This document shows positions 15,102-33,942 of a DNA stretch of 64,000 nt, one piece after another. The notes beneath the pieces were generated by a model. The model was not told where the DNA came from. It made no database searches and saw only the letters and a list, made by a program, of their open reading frames with translations. Numbering within the stretch: position 1 is the stretch's first letter; every line of letters begins with the position of its first letter. Source of the DNA: the human T2T-CHM13v2.0 reference genome, Homo sapiens; NCBI RefSeq assembly GCF_009914755.1, contig NC_060931.1. One strand, written 5' to 3'. Both the position numbers and the translations under genes were made by a program.

Positions 15102-15983
15102 ATTCAATTTCAAATAGCATCAAGAAGAATAAAATACTTAGGAATAAATTTAACAAAAGAGGAGTCAAACTTGTACTCTGGAAGCCACAAAATATTATTG
15201 AAAGACATTAAAGAATTTCTGAATATAGAAAGACATCACATGTTCATGGATTGGAGAATTTAATATTGATGGGATAACACTTCCCAAATTGATCTACATA
15301 TTCAATATAATTGCTATCAAAATTCCAGTTCCTACTTTCTTACAGAAATTGACAGGCTTATCCTAAATTCACATGAAAATGGAACAAATCCAGAAAAATC
15401 AGACAACTGTGGAAAAAAAGAGCAAAGCTGGAGGACTCACACTTCCCCAATTTTAAACTTACTACAAAGCTGCACTTGTCAAGACAGTGTAGTACTAGTA
15501 TAAAAATAGACATAGAGACCAAAAGAACAGAACTAAGAGTCTAAAAACAAACCCTTACATTTATGGTCAATTGATTTTCAACAAGAGTATCAAGATAATT
15601 CAGTTGGGGGTATGGGGGAAATAGCCTTTTTAACAAATGGTACTGGAACAACTGGATATCCATATGCAAAAGAATGGAGATGGGACCCCTTCTTACATTA
15701 TACACAATAATTAACTGAAAATGGAACATAGATCTAAATGTAAGAGCTAAACTTGTAAAATTATTGGAAGAAGGTATAGAAGTAAATCTACATGAACTTA
15801 CAGTTGGCAAGGTCTTCTTGCATATGACATTAAAATCTCAAAAGACAAAAAAAAAAAAAATAGAGAAACTGAATGTCAACAAAATTTAACTTTTGTCCTA
15901 CAATCAAGAAAGTAAAAAGATGACCCATAGAATAGAAAATACTTGGAAGTCATATGTCTGATAGGGGTCTTATGTCTAGATTA

Positions 15984-16821
<838 letters not shown>

Positions 16822-17972
16822 AATTATATAAAGAATTCTTACAACTCAATAATAAAAAGAAAAATAACCCAACAAAAAATTGACAAATAAGTTGAAGAGA
16901 TATTTCTCCAAAGAAAATACACAACAGCCGATAAGCACATGAAAAGATGCTCAACATCATTAGTCATCAGTAAAATGCAAATCAAAATGACAATGAAATA
17001 CCACTTCATACCCACTAGAATGGCTATAATCAAAAATCATAATGACAAGTGATGATAATGATGTGAAGAAATTAGAATTCTCAAACATTGGTGGTAGAAA
17101 TGTGAAATGATGTAGCAACTTTGGAAAACAGGTTGGCAGTTCCTCAAAATATTAAATATAAAGTTACTTTATGACGCAGCATGTCCACCCCTAGGTATAT
17201 GCTCAAAAGAAATGAAAACATGTCCACCCAAAAACTACACAAATGTTCACAGCAGCATTTTCATAAAAGCCAAAAAGTGGAAACAACCCAAAGGTCCATC
17301 ACCTGATGAATAAACAATATGTGACATATCCAAGTAATGGAATATTATTGGACCATAAAAAGACAATGAAGTACTGATACATGCTACAACATGGCTAAAC
17401 TTTGAAAATATCATGCTTAAATGAAAGCAGCTAGATATAAAATAGTACATATTACATGAATCAATTTACGTAAGAAATATCCAGAATAGACAAATCTATA
17501 TAGGCAAATCTAGGCAAAGTAGATCAGTGGTGGCCTAGGGCTAGAGGAAGGAGTATGTGGGTGCAACAGGGGATGACTGCTACTGAACATAGGGTTTGTC
17601 TCTGAGATAATGAAAATGTTCTATGATTAGACAGTGGTGATGGCTGTCCAAGTCTGTGGATATGCTAAAAACTACCGAATTGGATAAATTATATGGTATG
17701 TGAATTAAATCAATAAAACTGTTTCAAAAAAAAAGAAAATAGTTGAGGCTGGGTGCCATGGCTCATTCCTGTAATCCCAGGACTTTTAGAGGCTAAGGAT
17801 GGTGGAAAGAAAATTTTTTTAATAAAAATAAAAGTTTTAAAAATGAACCAAGGACTGTGATTAATGCAATTCTGTGCACCTTAAGTCCAAATGAAAAAGG
17901 GAAAAAAGACAAGAAATAAAGTGTCAGCTAAAGAATCATGAGATCTATAGATCTATAAATTTGAAAAGGAGA

Positions 17973-18796
<824 letters not shown>

Positions 18797-20265
18797 TTAA
18801 AAATCATGCTATTAATAGATATTAACAGTGTAAAATCAGAACATATTTTCTTTACGTGGTGTTCTTTCTAAAAATTATTTTATTAAGTGTTAAAACATTT
18901 CTAAGGGCTTTCAAAGATAAATTCTGAACATCAGACTCTCATGTCTATTTTTCCCATCATGCCTTAAGTTTCTTAAATTATCTTACTACCAAGGTGTTCA
19001 GGAAATTAACCTGTACTATTATATTTGGATATAATATTCAAAACCCTAAGATCATCAAGAATTAGTATCTACAAATATCTACTACAGACGTGAAGAAGAA
19101 AAAAAAAGCTTAAGGCTCTCGGAGACTTTATATTCTGTCTTATTGCATAACTTTTGCTTGGAAACAAAAGGAAGACTAACACCAGAAATCATGCTGCAAG
19201 ACCAGAACATCCTTTGGATGTCTAACCTCTCAGGTGATATACTTTCAACTGTAATTTAAGAAGGAAAGAACATAAAATACCTACAGAAGTTACCCAAAGG
19301 AAAAAACAGAAAATAATCAAAGCCTACAAATACAAAAAATCAGCAAAACCCAAAGGTAGACAGCAAGAAAGGGTAAGACAACCAAAAAAACTATAAGACT
19401 AACAAAAAACAACAAAATGGCAGTAGTAAAATTCTTCCCTATCAATAATCACTTTAAATGTAAATAGATTAAACTCTAGTAAAAGCCTGAATAGATTTAA
19501 AAACAAAAAAGATCCAACTATATGCTATTACAAGAAACTCTCTTCAGATTTAAGGACACACATAGGCTGAAAGTAAAGAGATAATTAGATATTCCATGCA
19601 AATAGTAATCAAGAAAGAGCAGAGATAGCTATACTTACATTGGGAAAAACCGTCACATGAAACACAAGACATTCATCATTTCTCATTATAAAAAAGGACA
19701 AGTTTTTGTTTACAAAGGACAGAAATAAAAGAAAAAAACAAAATTTAAATAAAAGACATTTGACAATGATAAAAGGATCAATCCACCAGGGAGATATGAC
19801 AATTATAAGTATACATGCAACCAACATCAGAGTACATAAATATATAAAGCAAACACTGACAGAACTAAAGGGAGAAATAAACGGTAGAATAACGATTGGA
19901 GACTTCAATACCCCATTTTCAATACTGAACAAAACATCCAGACAGAAGATCAATAAGAAAACAGAAGACTTCAATAACACTGTAGACCAAATGAATCTAA
20001 TGATATATACAGAACATTCTCCTCAATGGCAGCAAACTACACATTCTTCTCAAGCAAACAGGAATACTTCTCCAGGAGAGAACACAAGATAGGTAACAAA
20101 ACAAGCCTTAGCAAATTTAAGAAGGCTGAAATCATACTAAGTGTATTTTCTGACTATAAAAGAATGAAAACTGAAAAATTTACAAATACATGAAAAGTAA
20201 ACACCACATTCTGAACACCCACTGGATTGAAAAAGAAAAAAAGGAAATTAGAAAATATCTCAAGA

Positions 20266-20590
<325 letters not shown>

Positions 20591-21859
20591 TTATGGGATG
20601 AAACAAAAGCAGCAGTAAGAATGAAGCTCATAACAATAAATGCTGACATTAAAAACAAGAAAAGTCTCAAATAACCTCACTTTACAGCTCAAGGAACTAG
20701 AAAACTAAGCCCAAAGTTGCCAGAAGGAAGAAGTAACAAAGATTAGAGCAGAAATAAATAAAATAAAAAATAGAAAAATAGGGAAAAAACAACAAAACTA
20801 AGAGTTGGTTTTTTGAAAAGATTTAAAACTGAAAAACCCTTAGCTAGACTAAGAAAAAAAGAGAAGACTCAAATAAGAAAGGAAAGAGACATTACAACTG
20901 ATGCCTCCAAAATAAAAAGGATCATGAGACTACTAAAAACAGCCATATGCCAACAAACTGGATAATCTAGAAGAAATGAATAAATTCCTAGAAACATAAC
21001 ACCCTACCAACAAGACTAAATCATGAAGAAGTAGAAAGTCTGAACAAACCTATAAGAAGTATGCAGACTGAATCAGTAATCAAAAACCTCCCAAAAGAGA
21101 AAAGCCCAGGACCAGATGGTTTCATTGATGAATGCTACCAAACACTTAAGGAGCAATTAGCACCAATCTGTCTCAAACTCCTTCAAAAAACTGAGGTGGA
21201 GAGAACACTTTCAAACACATTTTACAAAGCCAGCATTTCCCTGATACCAAAGCCAGACAAAGAAGCCATAAGAAGAGAAAACAACAGGACAATATCCCTG
21301 AAGAATACAGATACGAAAATCCTCAATGAAATAGTTGCTCACTGAATCCAACAGCACATTAAAAGGATCATAAACCATGACTAAGTGGGATTTATGCCTA
21401 GGATGCAAGAATGGTTCAATATATGAAAATCAGTTACTGTGGTACACCACAATAACAAAATAAAAAGATAACAATCCTATGATCATCTCAATAGGCAGAA
21501 AAATCACCTGAAAAATTCAGCACCCTTTCATGGTAAAAACTGTCAACAAACTACAAACAAATGGAAATTATCTCAATGTAATAAAGGCCATATATGAAAA
21601 GCCCACAGCTATCCTACTTAATTGTGAAAAACTGAAAGGTTTCCCACTGAGATCAGGCACAAGGCAGAGATGTCCACTCTTACTTACTTTTATTCAACAT
21701 AGTACTAGAAGTCCTACCTAAAGCAATTAGGCAAGAAAAAGAAATAAAACGCATTCAAATCGGAAAGGAAGAGGTAAAACTGTCCATTTGCATAAGACAT
21801 AATCTTAGATATAAAAAACCATTTAACAGTTTTTTAAAACTGTTAGAACCAATAAATTT

Positions 21860-22003
21860 AGCTTTGAACACTGGCAGTATCGTAGCCAGTCAGGTTTATC
21901 TGAGGTGTGATTACTGCTGATGGAAAACTTTTCCTGATACCCTGCCATGATGACTTGTAATGCAGTGAGCACTGGCAATTTTTGACAGTCTCCATGGAGA
22001 CTG
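21860..22003 (+). pseudogene. Full-length U4 snRNA processed pseudogene (RNU4-type retrocopy)
   Basis: Colinear with U4 from AGCTTTG...GGCAGTATCGTAGCCA to the Sm site AATTTTTGA (21977-21985) and ...GGAGACTG, 144 nt in total. Followed by an A-rich tail and flanked by an imperfect TSD (aaccaataaatt / aactaataaatt) inside an L1. Confidence 0.93.
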
Positions 22004-22147
22004 AATTATAAAGAAAAAAAAACTAATAAATTCAATAAAGTTGCAGGATAGAAAAATCAACATCCACTAATAAACTATCTAAAAAGGAAATTAGTAAAAC
22101 AATCTCATTTACAATAGCACAAAAAAAGAATAAAATACCTAAGAATA

Positions 22148-22441
<294 letters not shown>

Positions 22442-22711
22442 CAACCTAAGAATAAACTTAATTAAGGAGGTGAAAGACCTGTATCCTGAAAACCATAAAA
22501 CATTGATGAAAGAAATTAAAGAAAGCTACATTTGGAGGAAAAACGGCAGATGGGAGGCAGGACTAGATTGCAGCTCCCACTCAGACAGAGTAGTGTGTGG
22601 AGACTCACATCGTGAACCTTTGCTCCGGAACTACTGCAGGAAAGCCTAGAGAACCGAAAGACGCTCTGAAAGAAGCAGATTGCTCCTGCAGGACCCAGGA
22701 GGCAGTCCAAA

Positions 22712-24348
22712 TGTGTCCGGAATTGGTGGGTTCTTGGTCTCACTGACTTCAAGAATGAAGCCGCGGACCCTCACGGTGAGTGTTACAGCTCTTAAGGTGG
22801 CGCGTTGGCACGTCTGGAGTCTGTCCCTTCGTGGTCGCCAAAATGTGTCCGGAATTAGTGGGTTCTTGGTCTCACTGACTTCAAGAATGAAGCCGCGGAC
22901 TCTTGCGGTGAGTGTTACAGCTCTTAAGGTGGCGCGTCTGGAGTCTGTCCCTTCTGATGTTCAGATGTGTTCAGAGTTTCTTCCTTCTGGTGGGTTCGTG
23001 GTCTCGCTGGCTCAGGAGTGAAGCTGCAGACCTTCGCGGTGAGTGTTACAGCTCTTAAGGCAGCGCGTCTGGAGTTGTTCATTCCTCCCGGTGGGCTCCT
23101 GGTCTCGCTGGGCTCAGGACTGAAGCTGCAGATCTTCGCGGTGAGTGTTACAGCTCATAAAAGCAGCGTGGACCCAAAGAGTTAGCAGTAGCAAGATTTA
23201 TTGCAAAGAGCGAAAGAACAAAGCTTCCACAGTGTGGAAGGTGACCCGAGCGGGTTGCCAATGCTGGCTCGGGCAGCCTGCTTTTATTCTCTTATCTGGC
23301 CCCACCCACATCCTGCTGATTCGTAGAGCCCAGTGGCCTGTTTTGTCAGGGTGCTGATTGGTGCGTTTACAATCCCTGAGCTAGATACAAAGGTTCTCCA
23401 CGTCCCCATCAGATTAGTTAGATACAGAGTTTCCACACACAGGTTCTCCAAGGCCCCACCAGAGCAGCTAGATACAGAGTGTCGATTGGTGCATTCACAA
23501 ACCTTGAGCTAAACACAGGGTGCTGATTGGTGTATTTACAATCCCTGAGCTAGACATAAAGGTTCTCCAAGGCCCCACCAGAGCAGCTAGATACAGAGTG
23601 TCGATTGGTGCACTCACAAACCTTGAGCTAAACACAGGGTGCTGACTGGTGTATTTACAATCCCTGAGCTAGACATAAAGACTCTCCACATCCCCACCAG
23701 ACTCAGGAGCCCAGCTGGCTTCACCCAGTGGATTCCGCACTAGGGCTGCAGGTGGAGCTGCCTGCCAGTCCCGCGCCATGCGCTCGTACTCCTCAGCCCT
23801 TGGGTGGTCGATGGGACTGGGCGCCGTGGAGCAGGGGGTGGTGCTCGTCGGGGAGGCTCAGGCCGCACAGGAGCCCATGGAGTGGGTGGGAGGCTCAGGC
23901 ATGGTGGGCTGCAGGTCCCGAGCCCCACCCGCGGGAAGGCAGCTAAGGCCGGACAAGAAATTGAGCACAGCGCCAGTGGGCCGGCACCGCTGGAGACCCA
24001 GCACACCCTCCGCAGCCACTGGCCTGGGTGCTAAGTCCCTCATTGCCCGGGGCCAGCAGGGCCGGCTGGCTGCTCCGAGTGCGGGGCCCACCAAGCCCAC
24101 GCCCACCCGGAACTCCAGCTGGCCCGCAAGCGCCACACGCAGCCCCGGCTCCCGCTCGTGCCTCTCCCTCCACACCTCCCCGCAAGCGAGGGAGTGGGCT
24201 CCAGCCTCGGCCCACCCAGAAAGGGGCTCCCACAGTGCAGCAGGGGGCCGAAGGGCTCCTCAAATGCCACCAAAGTGGGAGCCCAGGCAGGGGAGGCGCC
24301 AAGAGCAAGCGAGGGCCCCGAGGACCGCCAGCACACTGTCACCTCTCA
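22712..24348 (-). mobile_element. LTR12C-type (ERV9) LTR with PBS and duplicated U5 end
   Basis: Minus strand begins TGAGAGGTGACAG and ends CCAATTCCGGACACA. 4-bp TSD caaa at 22708-22711 and 24349-24352. CCAAT-containing tandem repeats at about 23350-23700. Confidence 0.95.
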
Positions 24349-27293
24349 CAAATGCTGTGCAGTTATCGACAGCTGAGAGACCTGCAGACGGTTCACATCA
24401 CAGGACTCTGTGCAGACAACCCCAGTACCAGCCCTGCCTGGTAGACCTCCTGAGTGGCTACATCCAAAAGAGAGATAACAATCACTGCAGCTCGGCCCTC
24501 AGGAAGCCACATCCTTAGAAAAAGGGGGAGAGTACTACATCTGTGGAACACCCCGGGAGACAAAAGAATCTGTACAGCAGCCTTGAGCCCTAGACCTTCC
24601 CTCTGACATAGCCTACCCAAATGAAAAGGAACCAGAAAAACAATTCCATTAATACGACAAAGAAAAAGTTTTTTAACACCTCCAAAAAATATCACACTGG
24701 CTAACCAGCAATGGATCCAAACCAAGAAGAAATCCCTGATTTACCTGAAAAATAATTCAGAAGATCAGTTATTAAGCTAATCAAGGAGGTACCAGAGAAA
24801 GGTGAAGTCCAATTTAAGACAATCAAAAAAATGATACAAGAAATGAGGAAAGAAATCTTCAGTGAAACAGACAGCATAAATAAAAAACAATCAAAGCTTC
24901 AGGAAATAAAGGACACACTTAGAGAAATGCAAAATTTTCTGGAAAGTCTCAGCAATAGACTCAAATAAGCAGAAGAAAGAACTTCAGACCTTGAAGAGAA
25001 GCTTTTTGAATTAACCCAAGCCAACAAAGACAAAGAAAAATGAATAAGAGAAAGAAAAAAGTAAGAAAAAATGAACAACGCCTCCAAGAAGTTTGGGATT
25101 ACGTTAAGTGACCAAATCTAAGAATAACTGCCATTCCTGAGGAAGGAGAGAAATCTAAAAGTTTGGAAAACATATTTGGAGGAATAACTGAGGAAAATTT
25201 CCCGGGCCTTGCTAGAGACCTAGACGTCCAAATACAAGAAGCTCAAAGAACACTTGGGAAATTAATCGTAAAAAGATCATCTCCTAGGCACATTGTCATC
25301 AACTTATCAAAAGTCAAGATGAAGGAAAGAATGTTAAGAGCTGTGAGGCAAAAGCACCAGGTAACCTACAAAGAAAAACCAGAGTAACTGCAGATTTCTC
25401 AGCAGAAACCCTACAAGCTAGAAGGGACTGGGGCCCTATCTTCAGCCTCCTTAAACAAAACAATTATCAGCCAAAAATTTTGTATCCAGTGAAACTATGC
25501 TTCATAAATGAAGGAAAGATACAGTCTTTTTCAGACAAACAAATGCTGAGAGAATTTGCCACTACCAAGCCAGAACTACCAGAACTGCTAAAGTAGCTGT
25601 AAATCTTGAAACAAATCCTGGAAACACATTAAAACAGAACCTCTTTAAAGCATAATTCTCACAGGGCATATAAAACAAAAATACAATTAAAAAAAAAAAA
25701 ACAAGGTATATAGGCAACCAATAGCACGATGAATGGAATAGTACCTCAAATCTCAATATTAACATTGGATGTAAATGGCCTAAATGCTCCACTTAAAAGA
25801 TACAGAATTGCGGAATGGATAAGAATTCACCAACTATCTGCTGCCTTCAAGAGACTCACCTAACACATAAGGACTCACATAAACTTAAGGTAAAGGTGGA
25901 AAAAGACATTCCATGCAAATGGACACCAGAAGTGAGCAGTAGTAGCTATTCTTATATCAGACAAAACAGACTTCAAAGCAAGAGCAGTTAAAAAAGACAA
26001 AGAGGGACATTATATAATGATAAAAGGCCTTGTCCAAAAGGAAAGTATCACAATCATAAATATATATGCACCTAACACTGGAGCTCCCAAATTTACAAAA
26101 CAATTACCACTAGACCTAAGAAATAAGACAGACAGCAACACAATAATAGTGGGGTATTTCAGTACTCCACTGACAGCACTAAACAGGTCATCAAGACAGA
26201 AAGTCAACAAAGAAACAATGGATTTAAACTATACCCTGGAACAAATGGACTTAACAGATATTTACAGAACATTCTACCCAACAACCGCTGAATATATATT
26301 CTATTCATCAGAGCATGGAACTTTCTCCAAGACAGACCGTATGATAGGACACAAAACAAGTCTTAATAAATTTAAGAAAATTGAAATTATACCAAGTACT
26401 CTCCCTGACCACAGTGGAATAAAACTAGAAATCAACTCCAAAAAGAACCTTCAAAACCAGACAAATACATGGAAATTAAATAACCTGCTCCTGAGTGATC
26501 ATTGGGTCAACAATGAAATCAAGATGGAAATTTTAAAATTCTTCAAACCAAATGATAATAGTGACACAACCTATCAAAACCTCTGGGAGACAGCAAAGGC
26601 GGTGCTAAGAGGAAAGTTCATAGCCCTAAATGCTTACATCAAAAAGTCTGAAAGAGCACAAATAGACAATCTAAGGTCACACCTCAAGGAACTAGAGAAA
26701 CAAGAACAAACCAAACCCAAACCCAGCAGAAGAAAGAAATAGCCAAGATCAGAGCAGAACTAAATGAAACTGAAACAAACAAACAAAAAAAATACAAAAG
26801 AAAAATGAAACAAAAAGCTAGTTCTTCGAAAAGATAAATAAAACTGATACACCATTAGCAAGATTAACCAAGAAAATAAGAGAGGATTCGAGGCTATTAT
26901 AAACACCTTTAGACACATAAACTAGAAAACCTAGAAGAGATGAATAAATTCCTGGAAAGATACAACCCTCCTAGCTTAAATCAGGAAGAATTAGGTACCC
27001 CAAATAGACCAGTAACAAGCAGCAAGATTAAAATGGTAATTTTAAAAATTACCAAAAAAAAAAAGTCCAGGACCAGATGGATTTATAGCTGAATTCTACC
27101 AGACAAAGAAGAATTGGTACCAATCCTATCGACACTATTCCACAAGATAAAGAGAAAATCCTCCCTAAATCATTCTATGAAGCCAGTATCATCCTAATAC
27201 CAAACCAGGAAAGGACATGACCAATAAAACAAACTACAGACCAATATCCTTGATGAAGACAGATGCTAAAATCCTTAACAAAATACTAGCTAA

Positions 27294-27685
<392 letters not shown>

Positions 27686-29161
27686 TCAATAAATGTGATA
27701 CACCACACGAACAGAATTAAAAACAAAAATCACATGATCATCTAAATAGACACAGAAAAAGCATTTAACAAAATCCAGCATCACTTTATAATTAAAACCC
27801 TTAGCAAAATCTACATACAAGGGACATATCTCAATGTAATAAAAGCCATCTATGACAAACCCACAGCCAATATAATACTGAATGGAGAGAAGTTGAAAGC
27901 ATTCCCTCTGAGAACTAGAACAAGAAAAGGATGCCCACTCTCACCACTTCTATTCAACATAGTACTGGAAGTCCTAGCCACAGCAATCAGACAAGAGAAA
28001 GAAATAAAGGGCATCCAAATTGGTAAAGAGGAAATCAAACTGTTGCTGTTTGCTGATGATATGAATGTATACCTAGAAAACCCTAAAGACTCCTCCAAGT
28101 AGCTCCTAAAACTGATAAATGAATTCAGCAGTTTCAGGATACAAAATTAATGTACACAAATCAGTAGCTCTCCTATACATCAACAGTGACCAAGCTGAGA
28201 ATCAAATCAAGAACTCAACCCCTTTTACAACAGCTGCAAAAAAACAAATAAATAAAACACTTAGGAATATACCTAACCAAGAAGGTAAAAGGCCTCTACA
28301 AGGAAAACTACAAAATACTGCTGAAATCATAGATGACACAAACAAATGGAAACACATCCCAAGCTCATGGATGGGTAGAATCAATATTGTGAAAATGACC
28401 ATACTGCCAAAAGCAATCTACAAATTCAACACAATTCCCATCAAAATACCACCATCATTCTTCACAGAACTAGTAAAAACAATCCTAAAATTCATATGGA
28501 ACCAAAAAAGAGCCCGCGTAGCCAAAACAAGTCTAAGCAAAAAGAACAAATCTGGAGGTATCACATTACCTGATTTCAAACTATACTATAAGGCCGTAGT
28601 CTCCGAAACAGCATGGTACTAGTATAAAAATAGGCACACAGACCAACGGAACAGAATGGAGAACCCAGAAATAAACCCAAATACAGCCAACTGATCTTTA
28701 ACAAAGCAAACAAAAACATAAAGTGGGGAAACGACACCAACAAATAGTGCTGAGATACTTGGCAAGCCACATGTAGGAGAATGAAACTGGATCCTCATCT
28801 CTCACCTTATATAAAAATCAACTCAAGATGGATCAAGGACTTAAATCTAAGACCTGAAACTATAAAAATTCTAGAAAATAATATCAGAAAAACCCTTCTA
28901 GACACTGGCTTAGGAAAAGATTTTGTAACTAAGAATCCAAAAGCAAATGCAAGAAAAACAAAGATAAACAGCTGAGACTTAATTAAACTAAAGAGCTTTT
29001 GCATGGCAAAAGGAACAGTCAGCAGAGTAAACAGAAAACCCACAGAGTGGGAGAAAATCTTCACAATCTATACATCTGACAAAGGACTGATATCCAGAAT
29101 CCACAATGGACTCAAATTAGCAAGAGAAAAACAAACAATCCCATCAAAAAGTGGGCTAACT

Positions 29162-29729
<568 letters not shown>

Positions 29730-30368
29730 TTAAAGAACTAAAAGTAGAACTATCATTTGATCCAGCAATACCACTACTGGGTATCTACCCAGAGGAAAAG
29801 AAGTCATTATACAAAAAAGATACTTGCATACACGTTTATAGCAGCACAATGTGCAGTTGCAAAAATGTGGAACCAACACAAATGCCCATCAATTAACAAG
29901 TGGATATAGAAACTGTGGTATATGTAACTATGGAATACTACCCAGCCATAAAAAGGAATGAAATAATGGCATTCACAACAACCTGGATGGGATTGGAGAC
30001 TATTATTCTAAGTGAATTAACCTAGGAATGGAAAACCAAACATCGCATGTTCTCACTCATAAGTGGGAACTAAGCTACGATGATGCAAAGGCATAAGAAT
30101 GACACATGGACTTTGGGGACTCAGGGGGAAAGGGTGGGAAAGGGGTGAGGGATAAAAGACTACAAACTGGATTCAGTGTATACTGCTTGTGTGATGGGTG
30201 CACCAAAAGCTCACAAGTCACCACTAAAGAACTTAACTCATGTAACCAAAAACCACCTGTTTCCCTAAAACCTATGGAAACAAAAAATTTAAAAATAAAA
30301 AAAAAAGAAATTAAAGAAGGCACAGACAAAGGGAAAGACACCCTATGTTCATGGATTGGAAGATTTAA

Positions 30369-30791
<423 letters not shown>

Positions 30792-31907
30792 TGACAAAAG
30801 ACTATAAATAGCCAAATTAATCTGGAGAAAGAACAAAGTTGGTGGCATCACACCTCCTGATTTCAAAATATATTATTACACAAAGCTAGTTATCAAAATA
30901 GTATAGTACTGACATAAAGACAGATATATAGAACAACGGAACAGAACAGAGAGCCCAGAAATAAATCCATTTATGTACAGTCACCTGATCTTACACAAGG
31001 CTGCAAATAATACACAACGGGGAAAGAAAAATGTCCTCAACAAATGGTGTTGGGAAAACTGGAGATTCACATTCAAAAAATGCAGTCTTCTCTTACACCA
31101 TACACAAAAATCAACTTACAAAGGATTAAAGACTTAAACGTAAAACATGAAACTATAAAACTCTCAGAGAAAAACACCGAAGGAAGCCTTCACAACAACG
31201 GCCTTGGCAATGATTTCACGGATATAACATCAATAGCACAGGCAATAACAACAAAAATATGTAAGTGGGAATACATAAAACTAAAAAGTTTCTGTACAGC
31301 AAAGTAGACAATCAACATAGTGATGGAAATGAGAGAAAATATCTACAAACTGTATATCTGAAAAGGGGTTAATATCCAAAATATCTAAGAAACTCCCACA
31401 GCACGAAAGTAAAAACAACTAGTAACTTGATTAAAAAACAGGCTAAGGACTTGAATAAAGCATTTCTCTAAAGACATACAAACAGCCAACATGTATATGA
31501 AAAAATGCTCAATGTCACCAATTATCAGGGCAATGTAAATCAAAACCACAATGAGATATCACCTCACACCTGTTAGGATGGCTATGATTAAAAAAAAAAA
31601 AAAGAAGACGACAAGTGTTGACAAGGCTGAAGAGAAATCGGAACCCTTGCACACTTGGTGAGAATGCAAAATGATGCAGCTGCTATGGAAAATATGTGGG
31701 TTCCTGAAAAAATTAAAAACAAAACTACCGTATGATTCAGCAATCTCCCTTCTGAGTATTTATCCTAAGAATCACCATCACAATCTCAAAGAGATATTAG
31801 CACTCCTATATCCACTGAGGCAATATTCACAATAGCAAAGATGTGGAAACAACCTAAATGTCTATTAACGGATGGATAATGAAAATGTGGTATACAATGG
31901 AATACTA

Positions 31908-33311
<1,404 letters not shown>

Positions 33312-33339
33312 TCAAAGCCTCCTGATGAAGGAGTAGGAA

Positions 33340-33775
33340 TCTCCTATGGCTGCTGTAACCAAATAACACAAACTTTGTGACTTAAAACAACACAAATTTA
33401 TTGAGTTTCACTGGGCTAAAATCAAGGCGTGAGCAAGGTTGCTTCCTTCTGGAGACTCTAGGAAAGAATTCATTTCCTTGACGTTTCTAGCTTCTGGAGG
33501 CCGCCCACACTCCTTGGCTCATGGTCCCTCCTCCTTCCTCAAAGGGCATCACTCCAACTCTGCCTCTGTCATCACATCTCCTCTGACTCTGACCCTCCTG
33601 CCTCTCCTATAAGGACCCTGTGACCACATAGAGCCCACCTGGATAATTCAGGGTAATTCTCCTTTAACATACTCACATCTGCAAAATCCCTTTACCCATG
33701 TAAAGTAACACACCACAGGCTCCAGGGATTACCACATGGATTACCAACTTCAGGGGCCATTATGCTGCCTACCGC
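33340..33775 (-). mobile_element. MLT1B/C-like LTR
   Basis: ggctgctgtaacc...ttaaaacaacacaaatttatt...tttctagcttctggagg...ggggccat. Confidence 0.75.
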
Positions 33776-33942
33776 AGAGGGGAAGCTGATTTAACCCAGT
33801 TTAGAAAAGTCAAATACAAATGAAACCTCTATACCTCTATCCCATTCCTTTTTGCTCTTCTATGTTAGAAAATCACTTCAACTTATGTTGGCTATTGGAT
33901 TTGTTTCTAATACATCATTCCACTAGAAGACTTTACAACCAC

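Noticed and set aside
22823-22840. tRNA-Arg 3' end with CCA as a tRNA gene
   Set aside because: Only 18 nt and adjacent to an LTR end; it is the retroviral primer-binding site.
23350-23700. Regularly spaced repeats resembling a CRISPR array
   Set aside because: These are the standard LTR12 U3 tandem units, with no unique spacers, no cas genes and a mammalian context.
23728-24518. Several long overlapping ORFs (up to 246 aa)
   Set aside because: They lie in the GC-rich U3 region of LTR12C, where stop codons are rare; no recognisable protein.
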